Below, in pieces: positions 28,064-39,224 of a stretch of 64,000 nt of DNA. The position numbers and the translations under genes are program-made. The stretch comes from Actinomycetes bacterium (lineage in GTDB: Bacteria; Actinomycetota; Acidimicrobiia; Spongiisociales; UBA5794). The stretch lies in assembly GCA_023336815.1 (NCBI GenBank), contig JAMBLJ010000105.1, positions 4,141 through 68,140 of the forward strand, given 5' to 3'. The notes beneath the pieces are model-generated. The model made no database searches. It saw nothing but the letters and a program-made list of their open reading frames with translations, and was not told the DNA's origin. How positions within the stretch are numbered: position 1 is the stretch's first letter; each line of letters starts with the position of its first letter.

Positions 28064-30021
28064 GCGATGACAAGAGCTGGATCGAGAAAGCGTCTGAGGT
28101 CGTCGACAAGGCGGCGGATGCTGTGAACGAAGCATGGGATCAGACGGCGGCTAGCCGCAAGGAGGCGTTGGAGAAGACCATCGCCGCCACAGAGGCGGTA
28201 TCTGACGCTCTCGATCAGGGTGTCAGCGGGGCAAAGCGTTCCTATCAGGGTGGTGCGCAAACCGCGCCCCACGACCGGCCGTCCGAGGGGGCCGCGTTCC
28301 AATATGGAACGGGACCACGACTGGTCACAGCCCCAACGGGTACGACGTTGCACACGAAGGGGTGGCTCCAGGAGGCAGTGCTTCGCTGCCTCCTGAACAA
28401 CCTCGACCCCGAGGTTGCAGAGATCCCTCTCGATCTCGTCGTGTACGGCGGCAAGGGCAAGGCCGCCCGCAACTGGGAAGCGTTCGATGCGATCGTGAAG
28501 AGTCTCACGGAGCTCGAGTCCGATGAGACGCTGCTGGTGCAGTCGGGGAAACCCGTTGGACGCTTCCGAACACATGAGATGGCCCCCAGGGTCCTGATCG
28601 CGAACTCCAACCTCGTTCCCGACTGGGCGACCTGGCAGAACTTCTGGGATCTCGAGGATGCAGGTCTCATGATGTACGGCCAGATGACCGCAGGGTCCTG
28701 GATCTATATCGGAACCCAGGGGATCCTCCAGGGCACGTACCAGACGTTCGTTGCGATCGCAGAGAAACGGTTCGGCGGAACACTCAAGGGAACGCTGACA
28801 CTCACCGCCGGACTCGGTGGAATGGGTGGTGCCCAGCCGCTTGCTGTGACCATGGCAGAGGGTGTGTGCCTTGCGGTGGACATCGACCCTGAACGGATCG
28901 AGAAGCGAATCGAAACGAGGTATCTCGACGAGTTCGCACCGAGTGTTGATGCTGCGGTCGAGCGTGCACTCGAGGCGAAGGCCAACGGCGAAGCGGTTTC
29001 GATCGGTGTCGTCGGGAACGCAGCCGAGGTCTTTGCTGAGCTACTCGAACGTGGCGTCGACATCGACATCGTCACCGATCAGACGTCCGCACATGATCCG
29101 TTGAACGGGTATGTGCCTGTGGGGTACACCCTCGACGAGGCCACGGCGCTTCGCGTCGAGGAGCCGGAGGAGTACATCGAGCACGCTCGCGCATCGATGG
29201 CAGCTCACTGTGAGGCGATGGTGGGATGGCAGAACGCTGGCGCCGAAGTATTTGACTATGGGAACAACCTGAGGGGAGAGGCGGTCGAGGGTGGCTTTGC
29301 CGATGCCTTCGCCTATCCGGGTTTCGTGCCGGCGTACATCCGCGATCTGTTCTGCGAAGGGCTGGGCCCGTTCCGTTGGATAGCACTGTCAGGCGATCCT
29401 GCAGACATCAAGGCCACCGATGACGCGTTGCGCGAACTCTTCCCGGAGAACCATGCGTTGATGAAGTGGCTGGATATGGCAGAGGAACGAGTCGCTTTCC
29501 AGGGGCTCCCATCCCGAATCTGCTGGCTGGGTTACGGAGAGCGCCACAAGGCGGGGCTCGCGTTCAACGAACTCGTGCGTTCCGGCAGGGTGAAGGCTCC
29601 AATCGTGATCGGCCGCGACCATCTCGACTCGGGTTCGGTCGCATCACCGTATCGGGAGACCGAGGACATGAAGGATGGCAGCGATGCGGTAGCCGACTGG
29701 CCCATACTCAATGCTCTTCTCAATACCGCCTCTGGCGCTGCGTGGGTTGCCGTTCACCACGGAGGGGGCGTTGGAATTGGGAAGTCCATCCATGCCGGTG
29801 CCCAGGTGGTCGCTGATGGCACTCCCGAGGCGGCACTGCGTCTTGAACGGGTCCTCACAAACGATCCCGGAATGGGTGTGATCCGGCACGCTGACGCCGG
29901 GTACGACAGGGCTCTTGATGTTGCTCACGATCGTGGTGTCGTTATTCCGATGGGACGAGCCAGACAGCAGACGGCGGACGGCGAGCAGCAGACAGAGGAA
30001 GTGGACGGGTCGGACGCATGA
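28060..30021 (+). CDS. hutU: Urocanate hydratase (urocanase) with ~85-aa N-terminal extension
   Basis: ATGA-coupled to hutH. The canonical urocanase N-terminus ([39 protein letters not shown]) begins ~85 codons after the ATG. No in-frame ATG/GTG lies closer. Confidence 0.85.
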   Translation: MSDDKSWIEKASEVVDKAADAVNEAWDQTAASRKEALEKTIAATEAVSDALDQGVSGAKRSYQGGAQTAPHDRPSEGAAFQYGTGPRLVTAPTGTTLHTKGWLQEAVLRCLLNNLDPEVAEIPLDLVVYGGKGKAARNWEAFDAIVKSLTELESDETLLVQSGKPVGRFRTHEMAPRVLIANSNLVPDWATWQNFWDLEDAGLMMYGQMTAGSWIYIGTQGILQGTYQTFVAIAEKRFGGTLKGTLTLTAGLGGMGGAQPLAVTMAEGVCLAVDIDPERIEKRIETRYLDEFAPSVDAAVERALEAKANGEAVSIGVVGNAAEVFAELLERGVDIDIVTDQTSAHDPLNGYVPVGYTLDEATALRVEEPEEYIEHARASMAAHCEAMVGWQNAGAEVFDYGNNLRGEAVEGGFADAFAYPGFVPAYIRDLFCEGLGPFRWIALSGDPADIKATDDALRELFPENHALMKWLDMAEERVAFQGLPSRICWLGYGERHKAGLAFNELVRSGRVKAPIVIGRDHLDSGSVASPYRETEDMKDGSDAVADWPILNALLNTASGAAWVAVHHGGGVGIGKSIHAGAQVVADGTPEAALRLERVLTNDPGMGVIRHADAGYDRALDVAHDRGVVIPMGRARQQTADGEQQTEEVDGSDA

Positions 30022-31235
30022 CACTCGCACCTGCGTCGTTGGTGATCTCGCACATCGGTGAGCTTGTTACGAACGATCCAACGCACGGCGGTCTCCTCGG
30101 AGTCATCGAAGATGCCGCGATCGTTGCATCAGGTGACCGTGTTGTGTGGGTTGGCCCAACGTCGGAGCTTCCGGACGATACCGACGCGATCCAGCGCATC
30201 GATGCAGCTGGCGCTGCTGTTGTTCCGGGGTTCGTTGATGCACATACCCATGCAGTCTTCGCCGGAGATCGCGCAGATGAGTTCGCCATGCGTATGGCTG
30301 GAGCTTCGTACGAAGACATCCTCGCATCGGGCGGCGGCATCTATTCGACCGTTCGGGCGACCCGCGAGGCGACGCTGCAAGATCTCGTATCGGCATCAGT
30401 GCCGAGGATCGATCACATGCTGGTGTCAGGGACAACAACAGCGGAGGTCAAGTCGGGATACGGTCTCGATGTCGAGACCGAGATGCAGATGCTCGAAGCG
30501 ATCGTCGCTATCGATGACATCACGCCGATCGATCTCGTGCCGACGTTCCTCGGCGCCCATGTGGTCGGACCCGAGTACAAGGACCGTCGTAGTGAATACG
30601 TCGACCTCGTCATGGGACCGATGCTCGAGCGAGCTGCACCGCTTGCACGGTTCATCGATGTCTTCTGCGATGATGCTGCTTTCACCATCGATGAGACCCG
30701 TGCGATCGTTTCTGCGGGGAGGAATCGTGGATTGGATGTGCGTCTCCACGTCGACCAATTGTCGCGTTCCGGCGGGACAGCCCTTGCCGCCGAGCTCGGC
30801 GCGACGTCTGCTGACCACGTCGATCACGCATCCGATGAAGACCTGGCGGCACTCGCTCTGGCGGGTACGGTTGCTGTTCTCTTGCCAGGCGTTTCGTATG
30901 CAATGCGTTCGGCACCACCGGATGGACGGAAGGTGTGGGATGCAGGGGTAACGGTTGCGATCGCAACCGATTGCAACCCGGGCACCGCCTATGTCGAGAC
31001 GATGTCCTTCGTCATCTCTCTGGCGGTCGTGACATCCGGTCTGACACCTGATGAGGCGCTCTGGGCTGCAACGAAGGGCGGTGCGCTGGCGCTTGGTCTC
31101 ACCGACAGAGGTGTTCTCGCGCCGGGGATGCTCGCTGACATGGTGATCCTCGACGCCCCGTCTCACCGACACATCTCGTACCGACCAGATGGCGCGCTCC
31201 CGCTTGAAGTCATCAAGCGCGGGTCGCTGGTGTGA
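30018..31235 (+). CDS. hutI: Imidazolonepropionase
   Basis: ATGA-coupled. Amidohydrolase HxH (VDAHTHAVF) plus downstream metal ligands, in the hut context. Confidence 0.88.
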   Translation: MTLAPASLVISHIGELVTNDPTHGGLLGVIEDAAIVASGDRVVWVGPTSELPDDTDAIQRIDAAGAAVVPGFVDAHTHAVFAGDRADEFAMRMAGASYEDILASGGGIYSTVRATREATLQDLVSASVPRIDHMLVSGTTTAEVKSGYGLDVETEMQMLEAIVAIDDITPIDLVPTFLGAHVVGPEYKDRRSEYVDLVMGPMLERAAPLARFIDVFCDDAAFTIDETRAIVSAGRNRGLDVRLHVDQLSRSGGTALAAELGATSADHVDHASDEDLAALALAGTVAVLLPGVSYAMRSAPPDGRKVWDAGVTVAIATDCNPGTAYVETMSFVISLAVVTSGLTPDEALWAATKGGALALGLTDRGVLAPGMLADMVILDAPSHRHISYRPDGALPLEVIKRGSLV

Positions 31236-31271
31236 GCCCGGCCACCGCTGCCGACCGGTAGCCTCTCTTCG

Positions 31272-32072
31272 ATGACAGACCGACCGTATTTCGGACTCGA
31301 AGCGCCAATCCGCTTTGCCCACCGCGGCTCGCGGCTCCTATGGCCGGAGAACACGTGGTATGCCTTCGATGCTGCGGTACAGGACTTCGGATATCGCTAC
31401 ATCGAGACCGATATCAGGATCACCCGCGATGGTGTCGTTGTTGTGTTTCACGACGAAACGCTCGAGCGCACAACGAACGGGACAGGCAAGGTCTCGGAGT
31501 GGGAGTGGGAGGATCTCCGGCATTTGGATGCTGGTTATCAGTTCTCGACCGACGGTGAGGAATTTCCGATGCGCGGGTCAGGTATAGCCGTCTCGCGTCT
31601 CGACGACACGCTCGAGCGGTACCCGGACGTCTGTTTCAATATCGATCTCAAGGAACCCGGGAGCGAATGGCCAGTGGCTGAAGTCGTTGCGAAGATGAGA
31701 TGTCTCGATTCGGTGTTGATCGGAAGCTTCTCGGACCGTCGAATCTCACGTTTCAGACGCATCACCAAAGGGGGGGTAGCGACGTCCGCGGGACCATCGG
31801 AGGCGATGGCGATGTTCGCTGCTTCGAGGCTCGGACGCACATCGAGGCGCCGGGCAGATGCGTACCAGTTGCCGAGAAGCATCAGAGGTGCGTCGGTTGA
31901 TCGGAAGCTCGTAGACGCCGTACATGCCGCGGGTGCCCAGATCCACGTGTGGACGATCGACGAACCGAAGGAGATGCATGAACTGCTCGACCTTGGTGTT
32001 GATGGCATCATCAGCGACCGCCCGGACCTGCTCAACGATGTGATCGAGGGGAGACACGATGACGAGAGGTGA
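31272..32072 (+). CDS. Glycerophosphodiester phosphodiesterase
   Basis: FAHRGSRLLWPENTWYAFDAAVQDFGYRYIETDIRITRDGVVVVFHDETLERTTNG is the GDPD catalytic motif set (HR..E.D..H). Confidence 0.85.
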   Translation: MTDRPYFGLEAPIRFAHRGSRLLWPENTWYAFDAAVQDFGYRYIETDIRITRDGVVVVFHDETLERTTNGTGKVSEWEWEDLRHLDAGYQFSTDGEEFPMRGSGIAVSRLDDTLERYPDVCFNIDLKEPGSEWPVAEVVAKMRCLDSVLIGSFSDRRISRFRRITKGGVATSAGPSEAMAMFAASRLGRTSRRRADAYQLPRSIRGASVDRKLVDAVHAAGAQIHVWTIDEPKEMHELLDLGVDGIISDRPDLLNDVIEGRHDDER

Positions 32073-32661
32073 ATTCATAGGGAATATCGTGCGTCTCCAG
32101 TTGCAGCGCACACCTATCAAGGTAAAGGGTCAGGGATATCTGCCTGAGGGAATTCAATCCGTTACAACAGCGGCTATCAACGCATGGGGTTTCGTCGGTT
32201 GGCATGATGATGCTTGGGTGATCGATGCGCATCACAAGGCGCACCCGTCGCAACGCGGCGGCGGTCGGAGACCATTGTCGATCGGGTTCACCGCCCACTA
32301 CCTGGCAATGGAGGCCCGGTTCGGTTCGGCTCCTCTCGGGATAGCTGGCGAGAACATCATCGTCGACGGTCCGGCGCTGTCTCTCACAGATCTGGGATCA
32401 GGGCTCATGGTCGTTGGCGCAGATGGCAGTGAACTGGTTTTGGAGCGGCCTCGCGTCGCTGCTCCGTGCGTCGAGTTCACCAGCTTCATGCTGGGTCTTG
32501 ACGAGGTGGCGCCTCGCAGGGAGATCGAATCCCCTCTTGCCGATCTGCACGACGGCCGCAGAGGTTTCATCGTCGCAGCCGATCATGCCTCTACAGCTGT
32601 CGAGATCAGTGTGGGTGATGCTGTTCATGCCCTTGTGGATGGGACAACCCACGGGGTCTGA
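32059..32661 (+). CDS. MOSC-domain protein (YiiM-like)
   Basis: GIAGENIIVDG ... RPRVAAPCVEF conserved cysteine region typical of MOSC beta-barrel domains. Confidence 0.55.
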   Translation: MTRGEFIGNIVRLQLQRTPIKVKGQGYLPEGIQSVTTAAINAWGFVGWHDDAWVIDAHHKAHPSQRGGGRRPLSIGFTAHYLAMEARFGSAPLGIAGENIIVDGPALSLTDLGSGLMVVGADGSELVLERPRVAAPCVEFTSFMLGLDEVAPRREIESPLADLHDGRRGFIVAADHASTAVEISVGDAVHALVDGTTHGV

Positions 32662-32938
32662 ATCTCGAGCCAAGTAGGCCGACGAACACGACTACTGATA
32701 TCGCCAGTCCAACGATCGCGAGTCCCGCACCGAGAAGAGACACCGGATCTCTTGTGAGGGCAGCGATTACGAGAGCGAAGAACAGCGGGATACCGGCGAA
32801 TGCGACGAGTACCTGCATCAAAGTCGCACCATCATCGATCGGGCATGCCGGTGCGCGGACGTTGGGAACCGACACGTGCGGGTCGGTTGTGAACCGTATG
32901 AGACCGTGGTCTTGCATCACGTCATCGTAGACGGACAA
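32606..32938 (-). CDS. Possible small 2-TM membrane protein (hypothetical, weak)
   Basis: Hydrophobic helices LMQVLVAFAGIPLFFALVIAAL and LGAGLAIVGLAISVVVFVGLL. The 3' end overlaps the convergent MOSC gene by 55 nt. Confidence 0.3.
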   Translation of the reverse strand: MSVYDDVMQDHGLIRFTTDPHVSVPNVRAPACPIDDGATLMQVLVAFAGIPLFFALVIAALTRDPVSLLGAGLAIVGLAISVVVFVGLLGSRFRPRGLSHPQGHEQHHPH

Positions 32939-32985
32939 GTGCGCTGGAACGCCGACTCGTCGGATCGGTTCCGGATTGCGCCATA

Positions 32986-33342
32986 TCAGCCGATGGCGAA
33001 CGGGATGCCGTTCATCATCACGAGACAGTCGATCGCGGCGTTACGCGCTTCGTTGAAACTCAGGTCGTCGAACAGTTCGTACGGTTCACCGTTGTGCTGC
33101 TGATACACGGTGAATCCGTCAGTGGATCGCATCACGTAGAGCCCACTCTTTGGTCCGGCATGGTTGCGACCAAGACCCAGGAGGGTTCCCTCGTCGGGAA
33201 TTTCAGCGATAAGGTCTATTCGTTCCAGCGTCAATGCCTCGCGGAAGTCAGAACCGGTTGTTGCCTGTCGCCCGAGCATCTGGGATGCCATTGCGCGCAC
33301 CCTTCGCTCGATGATCGCCTGTGCCTGCTCCTGGCGCGTGAA
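32986..33342 (-). CDS. Hypothetical protein (~118 aa) downstream of leuD
   Basis: ORF with coding-like codon usage starting at [15 protein letters not shown]. The ORF-track 5' part overlaps leuD and is discarded. No recognisable motif. Confidence 0.4.
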   Translation of the reverse strand, partial: FTRQEQAQAIIERRVRAMASQMLGRQATTGSDFREALTLERIDLIAEIPDEGTLLGLGRNHAGPKSGLYVMRSTDGFTVYQQHNGEPYELFDDLSFNEARNAAIDCLVMMNGIPFAIG

Positions 33343-33347
33343 CATGC

Positions 33348-33953
33348 TCAGAGATGAACCGTTGGGAGATACGAGGCTCGATCGTCCTCGAACAAGGAGA
33401 TATCGCTTGCATGTGCAAGTGAAAGCGCGATCTGGTCGAGACCATTGAGAAGACAATGCTTCGTGAACGCGTCGATCGGAAATTCAGCTCTGAAATCTCC
33501 CGATGTGACCGTTTGTGTCTCGAGGTTCACTGTCACCGTGTTCGACGGATCCGAAGCGATCTCATGGAGCGTCGCCGTCTGCTCGTCGGTGAGCACAACC
33601 GGGAGGAGTCCGATCTTCGTGCAGTTATTGGCGAAGATGTCAGCGAACGATGGGGCGATGATCGCCCGAAATCCCCAGTCATCGAGTGCCCACGGCGCAT
33701 GCTCTCGGGAGCTTCCCGAGCCGAAGTTAGGTCCAGCCACGAGGACGACGGCGTCGTGGTATTCAGATCGGTTCAGCACGAAGTTGGGATCGAGTTCTCC
33801 TTCTGCGTCGGCAGCCCAGTCGTAGAACAGGTACGCACCGAACCCGGTTCGTTCAACTCGCTTGAGAAACTGTTTCGGGATGATCTGATCGGTGTCGACA
33901 TTCGCTCTTGGCAGGGATGCCGCTGTTCCGGTGATCGTCGTGACGGGTTCCAT
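33348..33953 (-). CDS. leuD: 3-isopropylmalate dehydratase small subunit
   Basis: [14 protein letters not shown] and [17 protein letters not shown], the LeuD/aconitase swivel motifs. Confidence 0.92.
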   Translation of the reverse strand: MEPVTTITGTAASLPRANVDTDQIIPKQFLKRVERTGFGAYLFYDWAADAEGELDPNFVLNRSEYHDAVVLVAGPNFGSGSSREHAPWALDDWGFRAIIAPSFADIFANNCTKIGLLPVVLTDEQTATLHEIASDPSNTVTVNLETQTVTSGDFRAEFPIDAFTKHCLLNGLDQIALSLAHASDISLFEDDRASYLPTVHL

Positions 33954-35359
33954 CAGCCCAATTCCCTTACGTCAACGATGTGTCCGGCGATCGCCGCGGC
34001 GGCGGCCATTGCAGGAGACATCAGGTGTGTCCGTGAGTCTCGCCCCTGGCGGCCTTCGAAGTTGCGGTTCGACGTCGATGCGCACCGCTCCTGTGGATCG
34101 AGTACGTCGGGATTCATCGCAAGACACATGGAGCAACCAGGTTCGCGCCATTCGAGTCCGGCGGCGAGGAAGATCTTGTCGAGCCCCTCCTGCTCGGCTT
34201 GCAGTTTCACGAGTCCGGATCCGGGGACCACCAGGCCGCTGAGGGTCGATGCGATCGCCTGCCCCTGAAGTACTCGCGCTGCTTCACGCAGATCCTCGAT
34301 CCGTCCATTGGTACACGAACCAAGGAACACGCGATCGATGGCGATATCGGTGATCTTCATTCCTGGTTCGAGATCCATGTATACCAACGCGCGTTCGATC
34401 GAGTCGATATCGATCGGATCGGTGAAGTCCGCAGAGGAAGGGATCGTTCCGGTGACTGGGAGGGTCTGTCCAGGGTTGGTACCCCACGAAACGTACGGCT
34501 CGAGTTCTGTAGCATCGAGGAACACTTCGGTTTCGAACTCCGCACCCTCATCGGTGCCGAGCGTTGACCAATGTGCGACCGCCTCATCCCAGTCGGCGCC
34601 GGTTGGTGCCATCGGCCGGCCGGAGAGATAAGCGAACGTCGTTGCATCCGGTGCGATCATGCCCGCTCTTGCTCCTGCCTCGATCGACATATTGCAGACG
34701 GTCATCCTGCCCTCCATCGTCAGCTGTTCGATGGCGGAACCGCGATACTCGATCACGTGACCGGTGGCACCTGCAGTTCCGATCTTTGCGATGATCGCGA
34801 GGATGATGTCCTTGGCTGTAACACCGAACGGAAGATCGCCATCGACGGTGATGGCCATGGATTTCGGCTTCTTTTGCTGGAGAGTTTGTGTTGCGAGAAC
34901 ATGCTCGACTTCCGACGTTCCGATCCCGAAGGCAAGGGCACCAAAGGCACCGTGCGTTGCGGTGTGCGAGTCGCCGCACACGATCGTGGCTCCCGGTTGG
35001 GTGACGCCTTGTTCTGGTCCTATCACATGGACAATGCCCTGACGCACGTCGTTGATCGACAGAAGAGGAATATTGTTGACCTTCGTATTCCGCTCGAGTG
35101 TGGCGATCTGCGTCACAGACAGCGGATCGCTGATGCCGACATCACGGGAAGTCGTGGGTACGGCGTGATCGATCGTTGCCAGAGTCAGATCAGGTCGTCG
35201 AACAGGGCGGTTGGCAGTGGCGAGCGCCTCGAACGCCTGTGGTGAGGTTACTTCGTGCACGAGATGGAGATCGATATACAGGAGATCCGGCTCACCGGGT
35301 GTTCGATACACAACGTGGTCTTCCCAGACCTTGTCGAACAGAGTTGTCGGTGTGTCCAT
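33953..35359 (-). CDS. leuC: 3-isopropylmalate dehydratase large subunit
   Basis: Start at [17 protein letters not shown]. Aconitase-family motifs CGDSHT and Fe-S cysteines (GSCTNGR, CSMC). 1-nt overlap with leuD. Confidence 0.92.
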   Translation of the reverse strand: MDTPTTLFDKVWEDHVVYRTPGEPDLLYIDLHLVHEVTSPQAFEALATANRPVRRPDLTLATIDHAVPTTSRDVGISDPLSVTQIATLERNTKVNNIPLLSINDVRQGIVHVIGPEQGVTQPGATIVCGDSHTATHGAFGALAFGIGTSEVEHVLATQTLQQKKPKSMAITVDGDLPFGVTAKDIILAIIAKIGTAGATGHVIEYRGSAIEQLTMEGRMTVCNMSIEAGARAGMIAPDATTFAYLSGRPMAPTGADWDEAVAHWSTLGTDEGAEFETEVFLDATELEPYVSWGTNPGQTLPVTGTIPSSADFTDPIDIDSIERALVYMDLEPGMKITDIAIDRVFLGSCTNGRIEDLREAARVLQGQAIASTLSGLVVPGSGLVKLQAEQEGLDKIFLAAGLEWREPGCSMCLAMNPDVLDPQERCASTSNRNFEGRQGRDSRTHLMSPAMAAAAAIAGHIVDVRELG

Positions 35360-35418
35360 GTCTTCCTTCGTGGGAGCGTGTGAGGCTAGTCGTTCTCCGC
35401 GAGAGCGATGGTCCATGG

Positions 35419-35709
35419 TCACGGGCGCGAGCCGCGGTCCGGTCCATCCCCTGACTCTTTCTGGTCCGCGCGTGTCGCCTCTGATCTCTCTTCTTCGATC
35501 ACGTGTTCGATTCCAGGGTTGTAGATCTGATCGACCATCATCGGCATACCGGCCCCACCAGGGCGTGGATTGTGCTTGTTGTAGACCCAACCTCGCTGAA
35601 CCGCCCATCGGGAGCTAGCGATCGCGACTGCTGCGAGCACCAACGCGAGCACGCCTATGACGATGAAACCGATCATATCGGTGAGGCTACCGGTCATTCC
35701 CGTCTCCAT
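35419..35709 (-). CDS. Small single-TM membrane protein (hypothetical)
   Basis: [41 protein letters not shown]... followed by an acidic tail. The opposite-strand frame here is H/R/D-rich and non-protein-like. Confidence 0.4.
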   Translation of the reverse strand: METGMTGSLTDMIGFIVIGVLALVLAAVAIASSRWAVQRGWVYNKHNPRPGGAGMPMMVDQIYNPGIEHVIEEERSEATRADQKESGDGPDRGSRP

Positions 35710-35714
35710 GGCGA

Positions 35715-36237
35715 TGTGATGACACGCTGGATGCACCTGTTGGTTTACGATGGACTCATGGTGTTCATAGTTGCTCTGATCGCGATGGTCACGCTGCCTG
35801 CACCTTTTGGAGGCGCAGAGGCGGGTGCGATCAGTCTCGACGAGGGGATGACGATCGAGGTGATCGTGGAGGTCGATGGACCGTACACCATCGTTCTCGC
35901 TCAACCGTTCTCACCGTCACAGCAACTCCCGCCGACGGCCCTGAGCGATCTCGGGGACGGTTCATGGGGGGGATTCGTACAGCTGCCGTCCGCAGCGAAC
36001 TGGAACATCGTTTTCGATGCGTTCGAGAGTGACGGCACCACTGTGAGGTCAGATGCCACCACGATGCTGGAACTCGGTGTCGATCGTGTCGTCGTGAGCG
36101 GGGAACCAGAGGTCCCTCAAGGCGAGGGTCTGTTCTCGGGAAACTCTGTGTGGCTGATGGCTGCAGTTTTCTTGATACTTGGCGCGCTTGGTGCTCTTGC
36201 GTGGTGGACATTTTCCGGAGATGACTCGACGACTTGA
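35715..36237 (+). CDS. Secreted protein with signal peptide and C-terminal TM anchor (hypothetical)
   Basis: MTRWMHLLVYDGLMVFIVALIAMVTLPAPFGGAEA signal (AEA cleavage-like), and a C-terminal VWLMAAVFLILGALGALAWW anchor. Confidence 0.5.
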
Positions 36238-36329
36238 CAAATGGTCGGGAATAGTCGAACATTCGATAAAACCCGACTTGGAGACTCATCGTCCCGAAGA
36301 CCAACAAGGAACCAACGCACCAGGTACAC

Positions 36330-36875
36330 GTGCTCGACTACGACATCGATGACACCGTTGTCGCTTCGACGAACGAGCAACTGAAAGCCGTCGCCGACGA
36401 CACACGCATGGACGTTCTCAACCTGCTCATGGAGCGTGCCGCCACGGTCAGCCAGTTGGCCGACGCACTCGGCAAACCAAAGGGCACGGTTGGATACCAC
36501 ACCAAGGTGCTTGAAGACGTTGGCATGATCCGTGTGGTTCGCACCAACAAGGTCAGAGCGATGACCGAGAAGTACTACGGGCGTGTTGGGCGGACGATCG
36601 TGTTCGCTGCCGCCCTCAACAACGCGGACACCCACTGGTTCGTCGACGATGCCCTCCGCTCTATGGTCGTCATTGAAGGGGCACCGCTACCCATGTTCAC
36701 ATCGCGGGTTGCACGAGTCCCGCTTGAACACGCCGTCGCGTTCACGGATCGCATCATGGAGCTTGCAGATCAGTTCCTCGCGATGCCTCGAAGCGGCGAC
36801 ACGGTGTACGGTTTCCTTGCTGGTGTGTATCCCACTGACAACCCTGCCTTCCCTGACGACAGCGATGTCGGGTGA
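36330..36875 (+). CDS. ArsR-family transcriptional regulator
   Basis: LKAVADDTRMDVLNLLMERAATVSQLADALGKPKGTVGYHTKVLEDVGMIRV is the ArsR/SmtB wHTH. Confidence 0.8.
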   Translation: MLDYDIDDTVVASTNEQLKAVADDTRMDVLNLLMERAATVSQLADALGKPKGTVGYHTKVLEDVGMIRVVRTNKVRAMTEKYYGRVGRTIVFAAALNNADTHWFVDDALRSMVVIEGAPLPMFTSRVARVPLEHAVAFTDRIMELADQFLAMPRSGDTVYGFLAGVYPTDNPAFPDDSDVG

Positions 36876-38287
36876 CCGATTCAACATCCGATTCCGTGTC
36901 TGTGAAGCAGAAGGTCTCGCTTGGTGCCAACTACTGGAGACTGTGGACGTCGTCAGTGATCTCGAACCTCGGCGACGGGGTGACGGTCATCGCGCTCCCT
37001 TGGCTTGCGTCCGCCGTGACCCGCAACGCGGTTCTCATAGCGCTTGTCGCGGTTGCCTCGCGCCTGCCGTGGCTCGTGTTCACGCTGCCTGCCGGTGTTA
37101 TCACCGATCGTGTCGACCGACGCAAGTTGATGTGGTGGGCCCAGTCCTTCCGCTCTGTGTTGATGTTCGGAGCTGCGGCAATAGTCCTCATGTATCAGTC
37201 TTCCTTGCCATCGCCTGGCGATGTCCAGAGTGGCGTCGTCTCTGAGAACATGATCGTCTATTCCATGATCGTTCTCGTAGCGTTGCTCGCGGGTTTCGCC
37301 GAGGTGCTCTATGACAACTCTGCACAGACGATCCTCCCTGCCATCGTCGATCCGGAGAACCTCGAGAAGGCGAATAGCCGACTGTGGGGTGCCGAGATGG
37401 TCACGAATTCCTTCATCGGTCCGCCGCTTGGGAGCGTGCTCATAGCTGTAGCGTTCGCGCTTCCCTTCATCTTTGATGCTGGAACGTTCGCTGTTGCGGC
37501 GGCGCTCATCTTCTTCCTCGCAGGTAGCTTCACAACGCCAGGCAAGAGCGATGCCCAGTCGGAGCGGAAGATCGACTGGTGGGGAGAGATCAAGGAAGGT
37601 GTCTCATGGTTGTGGAACCATCCCCTCTTGCGACCGATGGCGATTATCCTCGGTCTGCTCAACGGACTTGGTTCAGTAACAGGCGCCACGCTTGTCCTCT
37701 TTGCCCAGGAATCACTCGACATCGATGCCTTTGTGTTCGCAATCCTTGCGACCTCAGGCGCGGTTGGGGGCATCATCGGAAGCGTGGTCGCTCCCCGGGC
37801 GTCGAAGGTACTCGGATCAGGGATCTCGCTCTACGTCACGCTGATCACGGGCATCGTTGCCAACTTCGTTATCGGCTTCGCAACCCACTGGTCGCTCGTG
37901 TTCGTGATGTTCGCACTGTTCAGCTTCTCCGGAATGCTGTGGAATGTAATCACCGTGTCCCTTCGTCAAACGATCATTCCTGACGAACTGCTCGGCAGGG
38001 TCAACAGTGTCTACCGGTTGTTTGCGTGGGGCTCAATGCCACTCGGGTTCATCGTCGGAGGGGTTCTGGTGTCTGGTCTCGAGGCAGCGGGTGCAAGCCG
38101 CGATACCGCGCTGCGCTCACCCTGGTGGTTCGCAGCAGGGGCCTATGCATTGCTGTTCGTCTATGCGGCACCAAAGCTCACGACAAAACGAATCGAGGCT
38201 GCCCGTTCTGAAGGTATCGCCGCCAAAGAGAAGACTGCGGAGCGCACCGAACCAGGGTCACAGCAAGACCCGAAGGTTGCGGAGTAG
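36872..38287 (+). CDS. MFS transporter
   Basis: ATGA-coupled to ArsR. 12-14 TM helices; MFS loop motif DRVDRRKLM. Confidence 0.85.
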   Translation: MTDSTSDSVSVKQKVSLGANYWRLWTSSVISNLGDGVTVIALPWLASAVTRNAVLIALVAVASRLPWLVFTLPAGVITDRVDRRKLMWWAQSFRSVLMFGAAAIVLMYQSSLPSPGDVQSGVVSENMIVYSMIVLVALLAGFAEVLYDNSAQTILPAIVDPENLEKANSRLWGAEMVTNSFIGPPLGSVLIAVAFALPFIFDAGTFAVAAALIFFLAGSFTTPGKSDAQSERKIDWWGEIKEGVSWLWNHPLLRPMAIILGLLNGLGSVTGATLVLFAQESLDIDAFVFAILATSGAVGGIIGSVVAPRASKVLGSGISLYVTLITGIVANFVIGFATHWSLVFVMFALFSFSGMLWNVITVSLRQTIIPDELLGRVNSVYRLFAWGSMPLGFIVGGVLVSGLEAAGASRDTALRSPWWFAAGAYALLFVYAAPKLTTKRIEAARSEGIAAKEKTAERTEPGSQQDPKVAE

Positions 38288-38311
38288 GAGTCAGGTCGGC
38301 GTACGACCCGA

Positions 38312-39094
38312 TCAGCCTTGGGACCGGCGCCGAGTCGCAGCGATCACCACTGCAGCCGTTGCGATACCGACACCAACAGCGATCCATGCCTTGGGGGGCG
38401 GTGTGGCGACTCTTGGTCCAAGGCTGACGGGGCGTTGGAATTCAAGGATCGGCCAGTCGTTGGCTTCCGCGGCCTCCTTGAGTTCCTTCTCAGGATTGAC
38501 AGCTATCGGGTTGCCGACAGCTTCGAGCATCGGCATGTCGGTGAACGAGTCCGTATACGCGAACGATCCATCGAGGTCGATCCCGTCCGCATCGGCGATA
38601 TCACGCATCGCATCCGCTTTTCCTGGCCCCATCACGTATCGCTCGAGTTCGGGCACGTACCGACCCAGACCATCCGTTCTGATCTTGGTGGCGATGACCT
38701 TGTCGATGCCGACCATCCGTGCGATCGGGCGAACGAACTCCTCGGGACTGGCCGATACCACGTATACCTCGCGCCCTGAACGTTTGTGCTCATCTATCAG
38801 GAACAGCGCCTCAGCGAAAACAAGTGGTTCGATGACGTCGTCGAGTGTCTGTGCAACGATCGCATCCACTTCGGCACGGTGCCAGCCTGATACAAGATCG
38901 AGCATCTCGTCCCGTGCCCGCTCGAGACTGTCGTGGTCCGCGCCGAAGAGCATGTATGAGATCTGAGCGATACCAAGGCGCAGAAGCGTTCCGCGTTGAA
39001 GGAAGCCAGCGCGATACAGGGGCCGACCGAACGCCAGCGTCGACGAGCCGGCGATAATCGTCTTGTCGAGATCAAAGAATGCTGCTTCTGTCAT
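38312..39094 (-). CDS. HAD-IB family hydrolase (SerB-like) with C-terminal TM
   Basis: AFFDLDKTII (DxDxT), VVSASPEEF and GKADAM..DSFTDMPMLE are HAD motifs I-IV. Divergent from the tad locus, as for Rv3661/Rv3660c in mycobacteria. Confidence 0.8.
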   Translation of the reverse strand: MTEAAFFDLDKTIIAGSSTLAFGRPLYRAGFLQRGTLLRLGIAQISYMLFGADHDSLERARDEMLDLVSGWHRAEVDAIVAQTLDDVIEPLVFAEALFLIDEHKRSGREVYVVSASPEEFVRPIARMVGIDKVIATKIRTDGLGRYVPELERYVMGPGKADAMRDIADADGIDLDGSFAYTDSFTDMPMLEAVGNPIAVNPEKELKEAAEANDWPILEFQRPVSLGPRVATPPPKAWIAVGVGIATAAVVIAATRRRSQG

Positions 39095-39224
39095 CGTGTC
39101 GATTGTATCGGTTTGCCGACGCTCCACCATGAGTCGTCCGGTCGGTCCTGTGAACCCCTTGCATAGCATCGAGTGATTCAGATACGGTTGTGTTGCTTCC
39201 CCTCCGACGTTCCGGAGGTTCCCC

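Noticed and set aside
32606-32938. Small minus-strand membrane protein ORF convergent with the MOSC gene.
   Set aside because: Not fully rejected but down-weighted. It overlaps the MOSC 3' end by 55 nt and its C-terminus is low-complexity; kept as a low-confidence feature only.
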